From an uncultured Pseudomonadales bacterium (lineage in GTDB: Bacteria; Patescibacteriota; Microgenomatia; UBA1400; PJMF01), in NCBI GenBank assembly GCA_964574595.1, contig CAZNOF010000005.1:49686-113685 (forward strand): a DNA stretch of 64,000 nucleotides. The letters are read 5' to 3'. Position 1 is the first letter of the stretch. The number at the start of each line of letters is the position of its first letter. A model generated the notes under the pieces. The model was given only the letters and a program-made list of their open reading frames with translations. It made no database searches and was not told the DNA's origin. A program made the position numbers and the translations under genes. Shown here piece after piece: positions 19,333 to 30,085 of the stretch.

Positions 19333-19532
19333 CACATAATTTCTCCCCCTTGTTATAATCACCTCGTAAAACTCAAAAATGGGCTGTTATTTCAACGGTT
19401 TTATTTTTGATTTTTTTCTGCAGCACCTTAACAACGTACTTTGCTGGGAGGCATTCTGGTTTTCGTCTCATTTGAGGCGATGAGCTAATGCTTCTCAGTG
19501 TGAAAATCGATCGGAAAACCTATGTTTAAGGA

Positions 19533-20144
19533 GTGTTAATGATGGATGAGAAGATGTTTGATTCGGTAGAGTGGTATGCCCGCCATCTTGGCTTGACTCA
19601 AGCGGTGTATGAATCGCGGCCAGAATTTGAAAATCGGGTCAAGGAGGCGGTCAAAAATGATCCAACTCTCAGTGAGTTTGACCAAGAGCTGCTCGAAGTG
19701 GGTGTGATGCTGCCGGAAAACTCAGTCGGAGCGTTATGGTTGAAAGGCGACCGTAAGCCAATTGCGTTCAGTCTGGATTTGGTTGGACTGGTAAACAACG
19801 ATGTGGCGTACCGCCTAGGTAATTTCACCAGCAATAAAGGCTGGGCGCGGCTTCGCGTCTACGAACTCAAAGGCAGAGGCATGACAGGCTCGTCAATCGC
19901 GCTGCTAATGTTAAAGGAGGGCTACTCGTTCAACGAAACAAAAGAAGCACTTGAGAAATTCGGCTTCGCCTGCGAGATGCAGATAGACGAGAATGAAGAA
20001 GATGAAATGTTCAGTCTTCCAACTCTAGCAGTTAGCGACATGCCGTACCCCAGACGATATATCTGGCAACTCTTTTTCCCGCGACCCAAATTACCGCTCA
20101 AATCAATCCCTTGGGTCATCATTTCTGAGGTCGATCAATCATAG
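19533..20144 (+). CDS. Hypothetical protein (203 aa, cytoplasmic, acidic)
   Basis: A GTG start at 19533. GC content is higher than the genome background. No motif was recognised. Confidence 0.45.
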   Translation: MLMMDEKMFDSVEWYARHLGLTQAVYESRPEFENRVKEAVKNDPTLSEFDQELLEVGVMLPENSVGALWLKGDRKPIAFSLDLVGLVNNDVAYRLGNFTSNKGWARLRVYELKGRGMTGSSIALLMLKEGYSFNETKEALEKFGFACEMQIDENEEDEMFSLPTLAVSDMPYPRRYIWQLFFPRPKLPLKSIPWVIISEVDQS

Positions 20145-20167
20145 GAACAAGTACGTGTCAAAATGCT

Positions 20168-20197
20168 GAAAACCCTTCTCTTGTAGAGGGGTTTTTT
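20168..20197. terminator. Bidirectional terminator candidate between convergent genes
   Basis: An A-run (20169-20172), an imperfect G/C-rich stem (ccttctc / gagaggg) and a T-run (20192-20197). It lies between 19533-20144 (+) and 20295-21011 (-). Confidence 0.4.
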
Positions 20198-20294
20198 GTT
20201 CTCCTAAATACTTCAATTAAGTGAAGTGCTTAGGAGAACGGCCTATTCAGAGAATAAGCCGTTAACACTTCTACAAACCAGAAAAGTGATCAAC

Positions 20295-21011
20295 CTATGA
20301 AGTCGCATATCCCGGCCAGCTGAGGCAGAAGGGCACCTTTTTATGGACTGTTCCAATGACGTTCGCCGTCGGTTCAAGGGAAATGATCATCGGTTGGTGT
20401 GGTGAGTCAATAAACTGGACTGACCAATCGACTGCAGACACTTCACGCCATCTTGGCGCCGTTTCATTACCATCGAAGGCCGTAAAAATGAGACGCCTTG
20501 GACTAAATTCGTAAAGACTTGGTGCAAATCCGGTTGGATAGGTGGCGACCATTTTCCCATCAGTCAGCGAAAAGACCGCAACCTGACCTTTGCCAGTATC
20601 TAGACTTTCTGCAACTGCGGCATAGGGATTGTTTAAGGAGATCTTCACCCAAGTATTCTTAGAAGATGTCACATACAGGAGCATCGGAATCGACTGAGGA
20701 TTTGACCAATTCAACACATAGATCATCTGGCCATACTTCCAGTGCGGCTTGATCAATGCCCAATCAGCGTTTTGACCCTCTAGATAGCAAGCATCGAACT
20801 TTGTGGTCTGGCTGGCCAGCAATGAGGCTGAGAGAGTGGGCAATGGTGAAGCCTGAGTGGGAACGAGATGGCTTCCGGGAACAGAAGAGAACACAGTCGT
20901 CTGATTTGCTGGAGGGCGCGGCTCAGGAGCCAAGTAGACAAGTAATGAGACTAGGGATAATCCTAGTAACATTCCGACAATAAAATGGGGTAATGGACGA
21001 TGTCGAGTCAT
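20295..21011 (-). CDS. Hypothetical secreted or membrane-anchored protein (238 aa)
   Basis: An N-terminal TM/signal (FIVGMLLGLSLVSLLVYLA) is followed by a P/S/T-rich stretch and a probable beta-rich extracytoplasmic domain. The gene is GC-richer than the background. Confidence 0.45.
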   Translation of the reverse strand: MTRHRPLPHFIVGMLLGLSLVSLLVYLAPEPRPPANQTTVFSSVPGSHLVPTQASPLPTLSASLLASQTTKFDACYLEGQNADWALIKPHWKYGQMIYVLNWSNPQSIPMLLYVTSSKNTWVKISLNNPYAAVAESLDTGKGQVAVFSLTDGKMVATYPTGFAPSLYEFSPRRLIFTAFDGNETAPRWREVSAVDWSVQFIDSPHQPMIISLEPTANVIGTVHKKVPFCLSWPGYATS

Positions 21012-21291
21012 GGGTCACCTCATCATTTAATCTGTAGAGTGTTATTAATGTGCAGCATACCGTAGGACACTGCGATACGCACTGTCTACAGAAAGCTTCC
21101 AATAGCTGAGATTATACAAGAATACAAGACAAATAATGGTCTGGCCTATAAGATTGATAAATGCGTTATTTTTGATACAATTGCATCTCAAAATTTTGTT
21201 GAATCCTCGAGGAACTTTCGTTTCAACTTGGCTAAAACAAGATTGAGAGACCTTTAAAACTAGTCACAATATTCAATATGAGGTGAATATC

Positions 21292-22017
21292 ATGTCCGAA
21301 GTCCAAAATCGTCCGAATGGAAAACTGCTTGGAACTGCACGAATTTTCTGCGATGGCCGTCCAGTTGCCTTGGTGACCTATCGCCAAGGGGATCATTTCA
21401 CGGCGCAATATTACGACTCGAATGGTCATCTGGTAGATGAAACATATCCTTTTGGCTGGCAACTCTGGAGCAATTTTCTTCGCCGGCCCGGTTATACGTA
21501 TACGTGGAAGGTAAACTATCCGGCATGGATTGAAACCCAGACAAGACAATCAGTTGAGCTTTTCGATGTTTATGTCAGGTCAACGTACCCTGAAGGTGAT
21601 GATCACTTTGAGCAAGTTCTCACCTTTGTGCGATTGGAGGATGCAGAGCTAGCTGTAAAGCTGCTCTCCACCTATGATTTGTATAAAGAACGCTATGGTA
21701 TGACTCTCCTGCGCCTTGATTACGAGCGTGGTTACCATCCAGAAGGCAAATCGATGTATGCCGAAAACTTTGAGTTTGACGGTAAACCTCGCTCGGCAGA
21801 GCTTACTGATGCTGAATACATCTCCCTCGTGGAAACAGATTGCCTAATGCGCCGTAATCTTGCTGGCAGACTTGATCCCAAGTATCGAGTTCAATTGGCT
21901 GCTCCTTCGATTCGTAAGCCGATGATTGGCAAACGACAGTTGGCCGGTAGTCAGTTGCCTTGGCTCCTCGCAATCATTCAGAAAATGTGGCTAGAAATAA
22001 AGAAGCTTGCTCAGTAA
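21292..22017 (+). CDS. Hypothetical protein (241 aa)
   Basis: The ATG at 21292 has an AGGTGA SD 5 nt upstream; the ORF-track start at 21283 is a GTG lying inside the SD. No motif was recognised. Confidence 0.45.
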   Translation: MSEVQNRPNGKLLGTARIFCDGRPVALVTYRQGDHFTAQYYDSNGHLVDETYPFGWQLWSNFLRRPGYTYTWKVNYPAWIETQTRQSVELFDVYVRSTYPEGDDHFEQVLTFVRLEDAELAVKLLSTYDLYKERYGMTLLRLDYERGYHPEGKSMYAENFEFDGKPRSAELTDAEYISLVETDCLMRRNLAGRLDPKYRVQLAAPSIRKPMIGKRQLAGSQLPWLLAIIQKMWLEIKKLAQ

Positions 22018-22104
22018 TGAGTGAGAAACCCGTGTGGGTGCGTTCAAAAAAACGTACAGCCATTAAGTTGGCACCACCGGGTTTTCTAGCATTAGCAAGA
22101 AAAA

Positions 22105-23880
22105 TTACATTTTTTCAACAGAAGAAATACCTAACACAAACAAGCCATTATTGAGGGTAGCTTTGACAATCTGACTGACGAAGACTCCGGCAGATTCCAT
22201 GTCAGTTCCCACGATTCGGTTCTCAGAATAAAAGGAGTTGTACATTTGGGCGACTTTAATTAAGTATGTTGCCACAATACTTGGAGATTTGAGTTTGGCT
22301 GCTTGGTCAATAATAAACGGGAACATAAACAATTCTCGTAAAAGTACTTGGAGTTGTGAACTCAGTTCAGCAGAGTCGATTGTCAGGTTAGCGGGATCTA
22401 ATTTTGAGTTAGCAAGTAAGCTACATGCCCGTGCATGCGTGTACTCTAAGTAGACACCAGTTGCTCCGTGAATTGAAACGGAGTCTTTAATATCAAAGAT
22501 GACGTCCTTCCCAATACTTTGTTTCAGCAAACTAAACTTGATGGCACTGACTGTTAGACGAGCGGCTGTCTCATCTGTTTGGTCCTTACTTATTTCTAGG
22601 AGTTGTTCTTTCACAAGTTCAATCAATCCAGAACCAGTGATCACATTTCCTGTTCTAGAAGACATTTTGCCTTCTGGAAGTCGCAACATGCCATGACCAA
22701 GGTGTGTAACTTTAGCGGCAATTTCTGGTGCTAAATCTTTTAAGGCACTCAGCATGACTTTAAAGTAATCATTCACCTCATTGCCAGTAATGATAATCGA
22801 GGAATCGAAAGTAAAGTCGTTATTTTTCATGAAAGCTAGACCGAGGTCTTTTGCTTCATAGGTTGGTAATCCCTGAGAGTTAATAAATACACGGCTATGA
22901 AGTCCTTTTTTCTCTCCTGCATAGATGATAGCGCCCTGTGACTCTTCAAAAACATTGCCTACATTTTCTCTGACCAGCTTCTCACCAACTTTGGCTGTTT
23001 GGCTTTCAAAGTAGTACTTATCGAACTTGGTGCCAAGTACTTTGTAAATCTCTTCAAATGCTTCGAGGCTCCATTGTCTACCTAAGTCATAAATTTGATT
23101 CGTCTTTTCATCTTCTCGAGAGAAGACCAGTTTGTTGAAATGTTTAATCTCTTCCTTTACCTTCACATCATCGCCTTCATAGGCTTTAGAACCAATTGAG
23201 TACCACTGTCCAAGTTTCTTCACTTTCTCGGCTAGTGGCTGTTGCGAAATTGATTCTATGGTTGAGGTGCCTTTGGCAATTTCTTCTTGCCATGCCCACA
23301 ATGTTTTCGCCACGTGCATGCCAACATCACCCTGATAACAGAGGCGCTTGACGTCTGCACCTACGAAAGCATGAAGTCTTGATAAACTTTCACCAATCGT
23401 ATTGCTCATTAGGTGGCCAATGTGAAATTCTTTGAACGGGTTGGGGTCGGTAAATTCAACTAAAACTGTTGAACCATTCAAGCTCTTGGTTCTGCCCCAG
23501 TCAGCTGGCTGTTTGACTGCATCGTTAATACCGTCTAAGAAAAGCTGATTTGTTGCCTCAAAGTTAATAAATCCTGGACCGGCCACACTGATGTTTTTGA
23601 TATACGAATGAAGAGCAGGGTGTTTCTTTAGTGAGTCTGAAAGCTGTACCACAATTTTTTCTGCATGAGCTCTTGGATTGAGCTGTGAATCCTTTTTTTG
23701 TACCGCCTGGAGTTTTAATGCTACGTTCGTGCTTAAAAAACCGTGGTCAGGATTTTCTGGAATGAAAAATAACTCATCAATCGTGAGTGGCTTCAGTAAT
23801 TCTGGCTGGTAGTGATCGGATGAATTTATAAGTTCGGTGAGGAGCTCAAATAAATCGCTTTTGATCTGAAAAAAATTCAT
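22105..23880 (-). CDS. argS: Arginine--tRNA ligase
   Basis: Class I HIGH motif (HIGHLMSNTIGESL). The 591-aa length and overall organisation, including the Arg_tRNA_synt_N region and the DALK anticodon-binding domain, are consistent with ArgS. Confidence 0.8.
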   Translation of the reverse strand: MNFFQIKSDLFELLTELINSSDHYQPELLKPLTIDELFFIPENPDHGFLSTNVALKLQAVQKKDSQLNPRAHAEKIVVQLSDSLKKHPALHSYIKNISVAGPGFINFEATNQLFLDGINDAVKQPADWGRTKSLNGSTVLVEFTDPNPFKEFHIGHLMSNTIGESLSRLHAFVGADVKRLCYQGDVGMHVAKTLWAWQEEIAKGTSTIESISQQPLAEKVKKLGQWYSIGSKAYEGDDVKVKEEIKHFNKLVFSREDEKTNQIYDLGRQWSLEAFEEIYKVLGTKFDKYYFESQTAKVGEKLVRENVGNVFEESQGAIIYAGEKKGLHSRVFINSQGLPTYEAKDLGLAFMKNNDFTFDSSIIITGNEVNDYFKVMLSALKDLAPEIAAKVTHLGHGMLRLPEGKMSSRTGNVITGSGLIELVKEQLLEISKDQTDETAARLTVSAIKFSLLKQSIGKDVIFDIKDSVSIHGATGVYLEYTHARACSLLANSKLDPANLTIDSAELSSQLQVLLRELFMFPFIIDQAAKLKSPSIVATYLIKVAQMYNSFYSENRIVGTDMESAGVFVSQIVKATLNNGLFVLGISSVEKM

Positions 23881-23917
23881 AGACGTAGCTAGGGATTATA
23901 GTCTATAATCTTCCCCT

Positions 23918-25630
23918 ATGACAAGACATGAAGAATTAGGGATTGATGTAGTCTTAACTGAACCAGAATTGGTTGAACTAGCTAAACTGCTTTATCCTGA
24001 AGTAACCGAATTACCAAGCCATTTTGAAGAGGTGTATCCTCCAAGAAAGCTTCCTCAAGGAGCGGCTGTGACGCGCTTTGCGCCAAGTCCTACGGGTTTT
24101 GTCCACATTGGTGGGATCTATGCCTCCTTAATTTCTAAGTTGTTAGCTGAACAATCGGGTGGCGTTTTCTTTCTCAGAATTGAAGATACAGACCAACGCC
24201 GAGAAGTAGCTGGTGGCACCGAAGAAATTATTACGGCGTTGAAAAACTTTCAAGTTGAACCAACAGAAGGATATGTAGATGTGGATACTCAAAAAGGCGA
24301 GTACAAACCATATGTGCAGAGTCAACGTACCGATATTTATGCCGTTTACGGAAAATGGTTAGTAGAAAATGGTTTAGCATATCCATGTTTTTGCTCCGAA
24401 GAAGAATTAGCAGAAATTGCCAAACAGCAAGAGGCTGAAGGCTTAATGAAAAAAGGCTACTATGGCAAATGGGCAAAACATCGGAATTTATCTCTTTCAG
24501 AAATAAAAGCAGAACTCTTGGCTGGCAAGAAATTTGTCTTGCGTGTCAGAGCTCCTCAAACGAGTCATCCAATTCACTACACCGATCTGGTTCGGGGTGA
24601 AGGGGGTATGGAAAGCAACACTTTTGACATGGTACTGATTAAATCAAATGGCGTGCCAACCTATCACTTCGCACATGTTGTTGATGATCATTTGATGAGA
24701 ACCACTCATGTAACTCGTGGTCAAGAATGGATGCCTTCATTACCATTACATATTCAGCTCTTTGAGATGTTTGGAATGGAAGTACCAATTTATATTCACT
24801 TCTCACATATTGGCAAAAAAGAAGGTGGATCCGTCCGTAAGTTAAGTAAACGCAAAGATCCGGAAGCCGCTGTCAGCTTGTACACCAAATTAGGCTATCA
24901 CCCGGTGGCAGTGCTTGAATACCTACTCAATTTGGCGAACTCAGGATTTAGCGATTGGCGAAAGAGTAATCCAACCAAATCGTATAAAGATTTTCCATTT
25001 GACGCCAAGAAAATTGGTAAAAATATTGCCTTGTTTGATCAAAAGAAATTAGACGATATCAGCCGAGACATCATTGCCAAAATGCCGGCGGAAGATGTCT
25101 ATGCGGCAGTGGAAAAGTGGGCGAAACAGTTTCAACCTGATTTTGCAGATCGAATGGAAAAGACCTCTGACTATACTTTGCAGGTGATCGGAATCGAACG
25201 CAATCAAGAACGACCGCGCAAAGATATTGTGATGTGGTCCGAAGTGCCAAACCTCATTAAGTATTTTTATGACGACCAGTTTGCGGCCGATGGCATCACG
25301 GAAATTATTATTCCAGCCGAAGTCTCAAAAGACGATGCGGTCAAATTGTTACAGTCTTTCATAAACGAAGATTCAACTCTTCTAGACAAAGAGTCATGGG
25401 TAGAAAACTCAAGAACTGTCTCTGAGAAATTGGGGTTTGCTCGTGAGCTGAAAGCATTCAAAGAGTCGCCAACTTCTTATAAAGGACATGTTGGTCACTT
25501 AATGGCAGTACTGCGTTTTTCTTTGACTCATCAATTAAATGCACCAGACTTATATCAAGTAATGAAAGTAATGGGACACCAGCGGGTGAAAGCTCGGCTG
25601 GAACAGGCAATTAAACAGATAGCTGGATAA
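23918..25630 (+). CDS. gltX: Glutamate--tRNA ligase (long form)
   Basis: GluRS N-terminal signature RFAPSPTGFVHIGGIYASL...LRIEDTDQRR and the KMSKS-type motif KLSKRK. Confidence 0.8.
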   Translation: MTRHEELGIDVVLTEPELVELAKLLYPEVTELPSHFEEVYPPRKLPQGAAVTRFAPSPTGFVHIGGIYASLISKLLAEQSGGVFFLRIEDTDQRREVAGGTEEIITALKNFQVEPTEGYVDVDTQKGEYKPYVQSQRTDIYAVYGKWLVENGLAYPCFCSEEELAEIAKQQEAEGLMKKGYYGKWAKHRNLSLSEIKAELLAGKKFVLRVRAPQTSHPIHYTDLVRGEGGMESNTFDMVLIKSNGVPTYHFAHVVDDHLMRTTHVTRGQEWMPSLPLHIQLFEMFGMEVPIYIHFSHIGKKEGGSVRKLSKRKDPEAAVSLYTKLGYHPVAVLEYLLNLANSGFSDWRKSNPTKSYKDFPFDAKKIGKNIALFDQKKLDDISRDIIAKMPAEDVYAAVEKWAKQFQPDFADRMEKTSDYTLQVIGIERNQERPRKDIVMWSEVPNLIKYFYDDQFAADGITEIIIPAEVSKDDAVKLLQSFINEDSTLLDKESWVENSRTVSEKLGFARELKAFKESPTSYKGHVGHLMAVLRFSLTHQLNAPDLYQVMKVMGHQRVKARLEQAIKQIAG

Positions 25631-25700
25631 AAAAGGAATATTTCTTAAGGTTTAGTCGAGGTGTATAATCGCTTGTCTAATCAATGAGGAATGAAACTAC

Positions 25701-25919
25701 ATGATAGAAAACAGAACAACTTCACCAGAAGCAAGCTTTTTTAAACAGATGTTGGAAGAAGCTGGTGTCACTCAACTTGGAGAAAACCAATTTGCAGTGA
25801 TGGTTGGGGAGTTACAACATGTCGGTCCGCTTGCTACAATTATGGAGCTGGCACATGGCCGTTTAACTTGGCCTGCTGAACCGGCGGGAAATTGGCCTGA
25901 CGAGATAGCACATCACTGA
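25701..25919 (+). CDS. Hypothetical small protein (72 aa)
   Basis: First gene of a co-directional, tightly spaced five-gene string that ends with the helicase-nuclease and a membrane protein. Confidence 0.3.
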   Translation: MIENRTTSPEASFFKQMLEEAGVTQLGENQFAVMVGELQHVGPLATIMELAHGRLTWPAEPAGNWPDEIAHH

Positions 25920-25933
25920 AATGCATTGCGGTT

Positions 25934-26614
25934 ATGAAAAACATCGAATTTGCCTACCCACTAGATTCACAAGCCACAGTCGACTCTGATTTGCGAGACC
26001 TCAAGAAGTTGAACGGTGAAATGGGATCTGAAATCCGCTTCGAGCGCCAAATTGCCTTACTTCAAAAAGAAGTTGATGAATTAAGTCCAAGTCTGATTGC
26101 CGAGAACATTCCTCATTTTGAGCAAATCGTTGAAAAAATTGCCAGATTAGAAGATCAGATACCTGGTAATAACTCCGTGCTGAGAAAAGAGTTGTTTGGC
26201 TGTAAAGTAAAGCTGAAAAACATAGCTCAAACGGGAATTATGTCCAAAGTGACGAGTTTAATTGAGACTTCCAACGAATATCATTCGCAACAAACTCCGA
26301 TACATCTTTCTTCAACACTTGAAAAATGGCGAGCAGCAAGAGCTCTCAAATCTGCAGCCGAAAAGTCATCTCTCATTTCAGATCTACGAAATAAACACGC
26401 GACTGACATTTTAACGGTTCAGTGGCTGATTCAGTTATGCAAGCATGCTATCAAGCATAATATGATCAATGTGAAGCTAGACGAGCTGATGAGCTACTTT
26501 ACTCCAGAAGAAATTGAAGAGAGTAAAGACCAAACATGGCAAGTTAAAACAAGACCAGTTGCTAACCCAATGCAGATTTATGCTGGATTTTCCAACTCTT
26601 CTTCTCGGAACTAA
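25934..26614 (+). CDS. Hypothetical protein (226 aa), partly coiled-coil
   Basis: A 14-nt gap separates it from the previous ORF. No motif was recognised. Confidence 0.45.
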   Translation: MKNIEFAYPLDSQATVDSDLRDLKKLNGEMGSEIRFERQIALLQKEVDELSPSLIAENIPHFEQIVEKIARLEDQIPGNNSVLRKELFGCKVKLKNIAQTGIMSKVTSLIETSNEYHSQQTPIHLSSTLEKWRAARALKSAAEKSSLISDLRNKHATDILTVQWLIQLCKHAIKHNMINVKLDELMSYFTPEEIEESKDQTWQVKTRPVANPMQIYAGFSNSSSRN

Positions 26615-26685
26615 TTCGTCCTCTTACAAATCCCTTACTAGATCGGTTCAGGTTAATCGCTATAATAGAAACATATTGATTTTAC

Positions 26686-27015
26686 TTGATTAATTGGAGG
26701 AATATGATTGAGATACTTTTGATTTTACTCGTGGTCTTTTGGGCTCTCGGTTACATCCACATTGGCAACATTACTGTGCCAAATGCATTACTTTTTAGTT
26801 TGAATGGTCGACCTATTACCTTATGGGACCTTCTTATTTTTATCATTGTTCTCTGGGCAATTGGTATCTTACCAACACCATTCCGTGAAATTGCTGGCGT
26901 GTTACTTGTTCTTTGGGTGCTCGCCCTACTTGGTTTAATTGCAATTGCTGGTCTATCCAACTTAATTGTGATTGCGATCATTGTAGGTATTGTGGCTTCA
27001 TTTATTAAGCGTTAA
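26686..27015 (+). CDS. Small polytopic membrane protein (109 aa, 3-4 TM)
   Basis: Almost entirely hydrophobic (ILLILLVVFWALGYI...; LLIFIIVLWAIGIL; LLVLWVLALLGLIAIAG). It ends 9 nt upstream of the helicase gene. Confidence 0.45.
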   Translation: MINWRNMIEILLILLVVFWALGYIHIGNITVPNALLFSLNGRPITLWDLLIFIIVLWAIGILPTPFREIAGVLLVLWVLALLGLIAIAGLSNLIVIAIIVGIVASFIKR

Positions 27016-27024
27016 GCTTGGGGA

Positions 27025-30000
27025 ATGACTTTCCAACAAGCCTATTCCAGGTTAAATCCAGATCAAAAACGAGCTGTGGATACGATCGATGGCCCAGTCA
27101 TGGTGGTAGCTGGTCCTGGAACTGGGAAAACTCAAATTTTAGCGAGTCGCATTGCTAATATTTTGCAAAAAACGGATACAAACCCGTCTTCTATTTTGGC
27201 ACTGACGTTCACTGAGTCTGCGGCAAAGAACATGCAGCAACGCTTAATAGATTTAATTGGTCCCACGGCCTACTCAGTTCACATCCAAACATTTCATTCT
27301 TTTTGTGACAGTGTCCTGAGAGAAGCTCCAGAGTATTTTCAAATTGAACGAGAAAGCCAAGTATTAACAGACTTAGAGCGGTTTGAGTTGATGGAGGAAA
27401 TCCTGCGACAGCCAAGATGGGAAGTGTTACGCACTATTAATTCACCTTTCCATTACCTGAAACCGATTTTGCGAACAATTTCAGATCTCAAAAAAGAAGG
27501 AATTTCTCCGCAGAAACTTACCGAGCTGGTGACTGCTGAACGAGACGCGTTTGAAGAAATCAAGTCAGGACTGAAAAAGGGCGCTTTAGTCAAACAAACC
27601 AAACAGGTTGCTAAGATGTTAGAGTTGGCCGAGATTTATTCCCTTTACCAGCAATCATTAAAAGATCGAGCAAGATACGACTATGATGACATGATTGCTT
27701 TTGTAGCAGATGCATTTGAGCGCGAAGAGGAGCTGCTCATGTCATATCAGGAAAAGTTGCTTTACTTTTTGATTGATGAGTACCAGGATACAAATGCTTC
27801 TCAGAATAAAGTCGTCGACTTGCTTGCTTCTTTTTGGGGAGATGAAGCGAATATCTTTGTGGTGGGCGACCCGAATCAATCAATTTATCGATTTCAAGGT
27901 GCTTCACTGGAAAATACTTTGAACTTTCTTGACAGATACCCAACAGCCGAAGTTATTCAGTTAAAAACCGGCTATCGCTGTCCGCCTACAATTTACCAAG
28001 CTGCGGCACAGATTATTCAAACATCGGATGCTGATCAGGTTGCAGCGGAGAGTTCTTCCAGTAAACTGCAGTATGTCTTAGAACAACTTCAAGAGCCATT
28101 GGATAGTCTACAAAAGACTGGTGAATTGATCCATATCGCACCAGTCCCTAACGCCCAGTTGGAGACTGTTTTCGTGGCTGAGTCAATTCAAAAGTTGATC
28201 AAAGAGGGTGTATCAGCTAAAGAAATTGCCGTGTTGTATCGGAATAACGCTGAGGCAGTAGATCTAGAACTGGCCCTGCAAAAATGGCAAATTCCATATG
28301 TGACTGATAGCGGCCATGATGCCTTAAAAAACCCAACCGTTTTACAACTATTTCACCTCTTTGATGTTATTCAAAAAATCCGTTCTGCCGATGAAGGGCA
28401 CGAGTTATTTGAAGTCTTGAACTATTCCTGGACGAAAATGGATCCCCTGGCGGTAATGATGGTGACGAGAGCAGCCGGCAAAACCAAGATGTCGATTTAT
28501 GAGCGGATCAAATTAGGTTTTCCAGAAATAGTGAAGTTGCAGTTTAGTGAAGACATGACGGCCATGGATTTTGCGGTGCTAGAAGATTTCATCTCTCAAC
28601 TAGAACTCTGGGGAAAACTCGATGCGGACATGACGTTCCCCGCCTGGTTTGAGATGGTGATGAATGAATCAGGATTCTTAGACTGGGTGCTGGCTCAGCC
28701 AGACGCTGTCGGTACCGTGCAACATTTGAACGCTATTTTCCGGGAGGCAAACTCCTTAGCGCTTCAACATCCTAGGTTACATCTGGCGGACTTCATGAAG
28801 GCGATCCAAGTTATGCAGACGCACGGTATTCAGTTGGCGGTTGAAGAGTATATTCCTAATGCTGATGCCGTTACTTTAAGTACCACCCACAAGGCCAAGG
28901 GACAAGAGTGGTCATATGTGTTTGTGGTGCAGTGTATCGATGGAAAGTGGGGAAACTCTCGGTCACCAAATGAACTACCACTGCCGGAAGGCATTTTGCA
29001 GCATCAGAAGATTACTGATCAAGATCGTAATCAGGATGATGAACGACTTTTCTATGTAGCTATTACCAGAGCGAAGACACGCGTCACCATTAGTTATCCT
29101 GAGTCTATCGTCTCAGGAAATAAATCCAAAATGACATTGCCTACTTTGTTTATTGAAAAAATTGAGAAGAGCTTAAAGGAATATCAGACACCACCAGAGG
29201 ATTCAAAATCACAAGAAGCTGCTTTGGCCAAACTCTTACAACAAGTTCCTCCCAGACCACATAGTGAAGTTGAGCGAGAGTGGTTGCAAAAAATCACCTC
29301 TGACTTTCATATGTCGGCGACTGCCTTGAATACATATCTCAGATCATCCGCCGAATTTTTAGAAGATGTGTTGTTAAAAGTGCCACGAGCACGAGAGGGC
29401 TATCAGGCATTTGGAACGGCTGTTCACTTTTCTTTAGAGCAGCTTTATAAGACTGTCCAGTCAACGCAAAAACTCCCTGAAGTAGAGTTTGTGTTGGCCC
29501 AGTTTGAAAAAGCGATGAAGAAAGAAATTCTGTCAGAAGAAGAGCTGCAGCTAAGATTGACGTATGGAAAAAAAGTCTTGAAAGAATACTATCAGCACGC
29601 AGCCGATGGAGAGTGTAAACCGCTCTTCTTAGAGAAGATGTTTGGATATGGTTGGAGTACGACTATGTTAGGTGACATTCCTCTCAACGGTCGAATTGAT
29701 CGGATCGACTGGCTAGACGAGTCACTTAAAACAGTAAAAGTGATCGATTACAAAACTGGTCGAGCTCGAACCCTCAACGATATCGAGGGTAAGGTGGGGA
29801 CTGACGAGTATTCAGAACGTGAACTCGCTTTGCCGGAGAATATCCGAGGTCGTTTAAAGCGTCAGCTGCTGTTCTATAAATTGTTAACAACTCTGGACCA
29901 AAGCTTCCCGGCCACAGTCACGGAGGGCATGTTCGACTTTGTAGAGCCAGACAGGGATGGCAAGTTCACTCAACGGCAAGTACCTCTTTTAGAAGCTGAT

Positions 30001-30075
30001 GTGCAGGCTTTGAAAGAATTGATTGTGGAAGTGATGCAAGAAATTCGTTCACTTCAATTCCTCGATCAGGTATAG
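27025..30075 (+). CDS. ATP-dependent UvrD/PcrA-type helicase fused to a C-terminal RecB-family PD-(D/E)xK nuclease (AddA-like helicase-nuclease)
   Basis: Helicase motifs I (AGPGTGKTQ), II (DEYQDTN), III (VGDPNQSIYRFQGA), V (TTHKAKGQEW) and VI (VAITRAK). The C-terminal nuclease motifs are GTAVHFSLE and GRIDRIDWLD...VIDYKTG. No AddB/RecC-like partner is adjacent. Confidence 0.8.
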   Translation: MTFQQAYSRLNPDQKRAVDTIDGPVMVVAGPGTGKTQILASRIANILQKTDTNPSSILALTFTESAAKNMQQRLIDLIGPTAYSVHIQTFHSFCDSVLREAPEYFQIERESQVLTDLERFELMEEILRQPRWEVLRTINSPFHYLKPILRTISDLKKEGISPQKLTELVTAERDAFEEIKSGLKKGALVKQTKQVAKMLELAEIYSLYQQSLKDRARYDYDDMIAFVADAFEREEELLMSYQEKLLYFLIDEYQDTNASQNKVVDLLASFWGDEANIFVVGDPNQSIYRFQGASLENTLNFLDRYPTAEVIQLKTGYRCPPTIYQAAAQIIQTSDADQVAAESSSSKLQYVLEQLQEPLDSLQKTGELIHIAPVPNAQLETVFVAESIQKLIKEGVSAKEIAVLYRNNAEAVDLELALQKWQIPYVTDSGHDALKNPTVLQLFHLFDVIQKIRSADEGHELFEVLNYSWTKMDPLAVMMVTRAAGKTKMSIYERIKLGFPEIVKLQFSEDMTAMDFAVLEDFISQLELWGKLDADMTFPAWFEMVMNESGFLDWVLAQPDAVGTVQHLNAIFREANSLALQHPRLHLADFMKAIQVMQTHGIQLAVEEYIPNADAVTLSTTHKAKGQEWSYVFVVQCIDGKWGNSRSPNELPLPEGILQHQKITDQDRNQDDERLFYVAITRAKTRVTISYPESIVSGNKSKMTLPTLFIEKIEKSLKEYQTPPEDSKSQEAALAKLLQQVPPRPHSEVEREWLQKITSDFHMSATALNTYLRSSAEFLEDVLLKVPRAREGYQAFGTAVHFSLEQLYKTVQSTQKLPEVEFVLAQFEKAMKKEILSEEELQLRLTYGKKVLKEYYQHAADGECKPLFLEKMFGYGWSTTMLGDIPLNGRIDRIDWLDESLKTVKVIDYKTGRARTLNDIEGKVGTDEYSERELALPENIRGRLKRQLLFYKLLTTLDQSFPATVTEGMFDFVEPDRDGKFTQRQVPLLEADVQALKELIVEVMQEIRSLQFLDQV

Positions 30076-30085
30076 AATAACTTTT

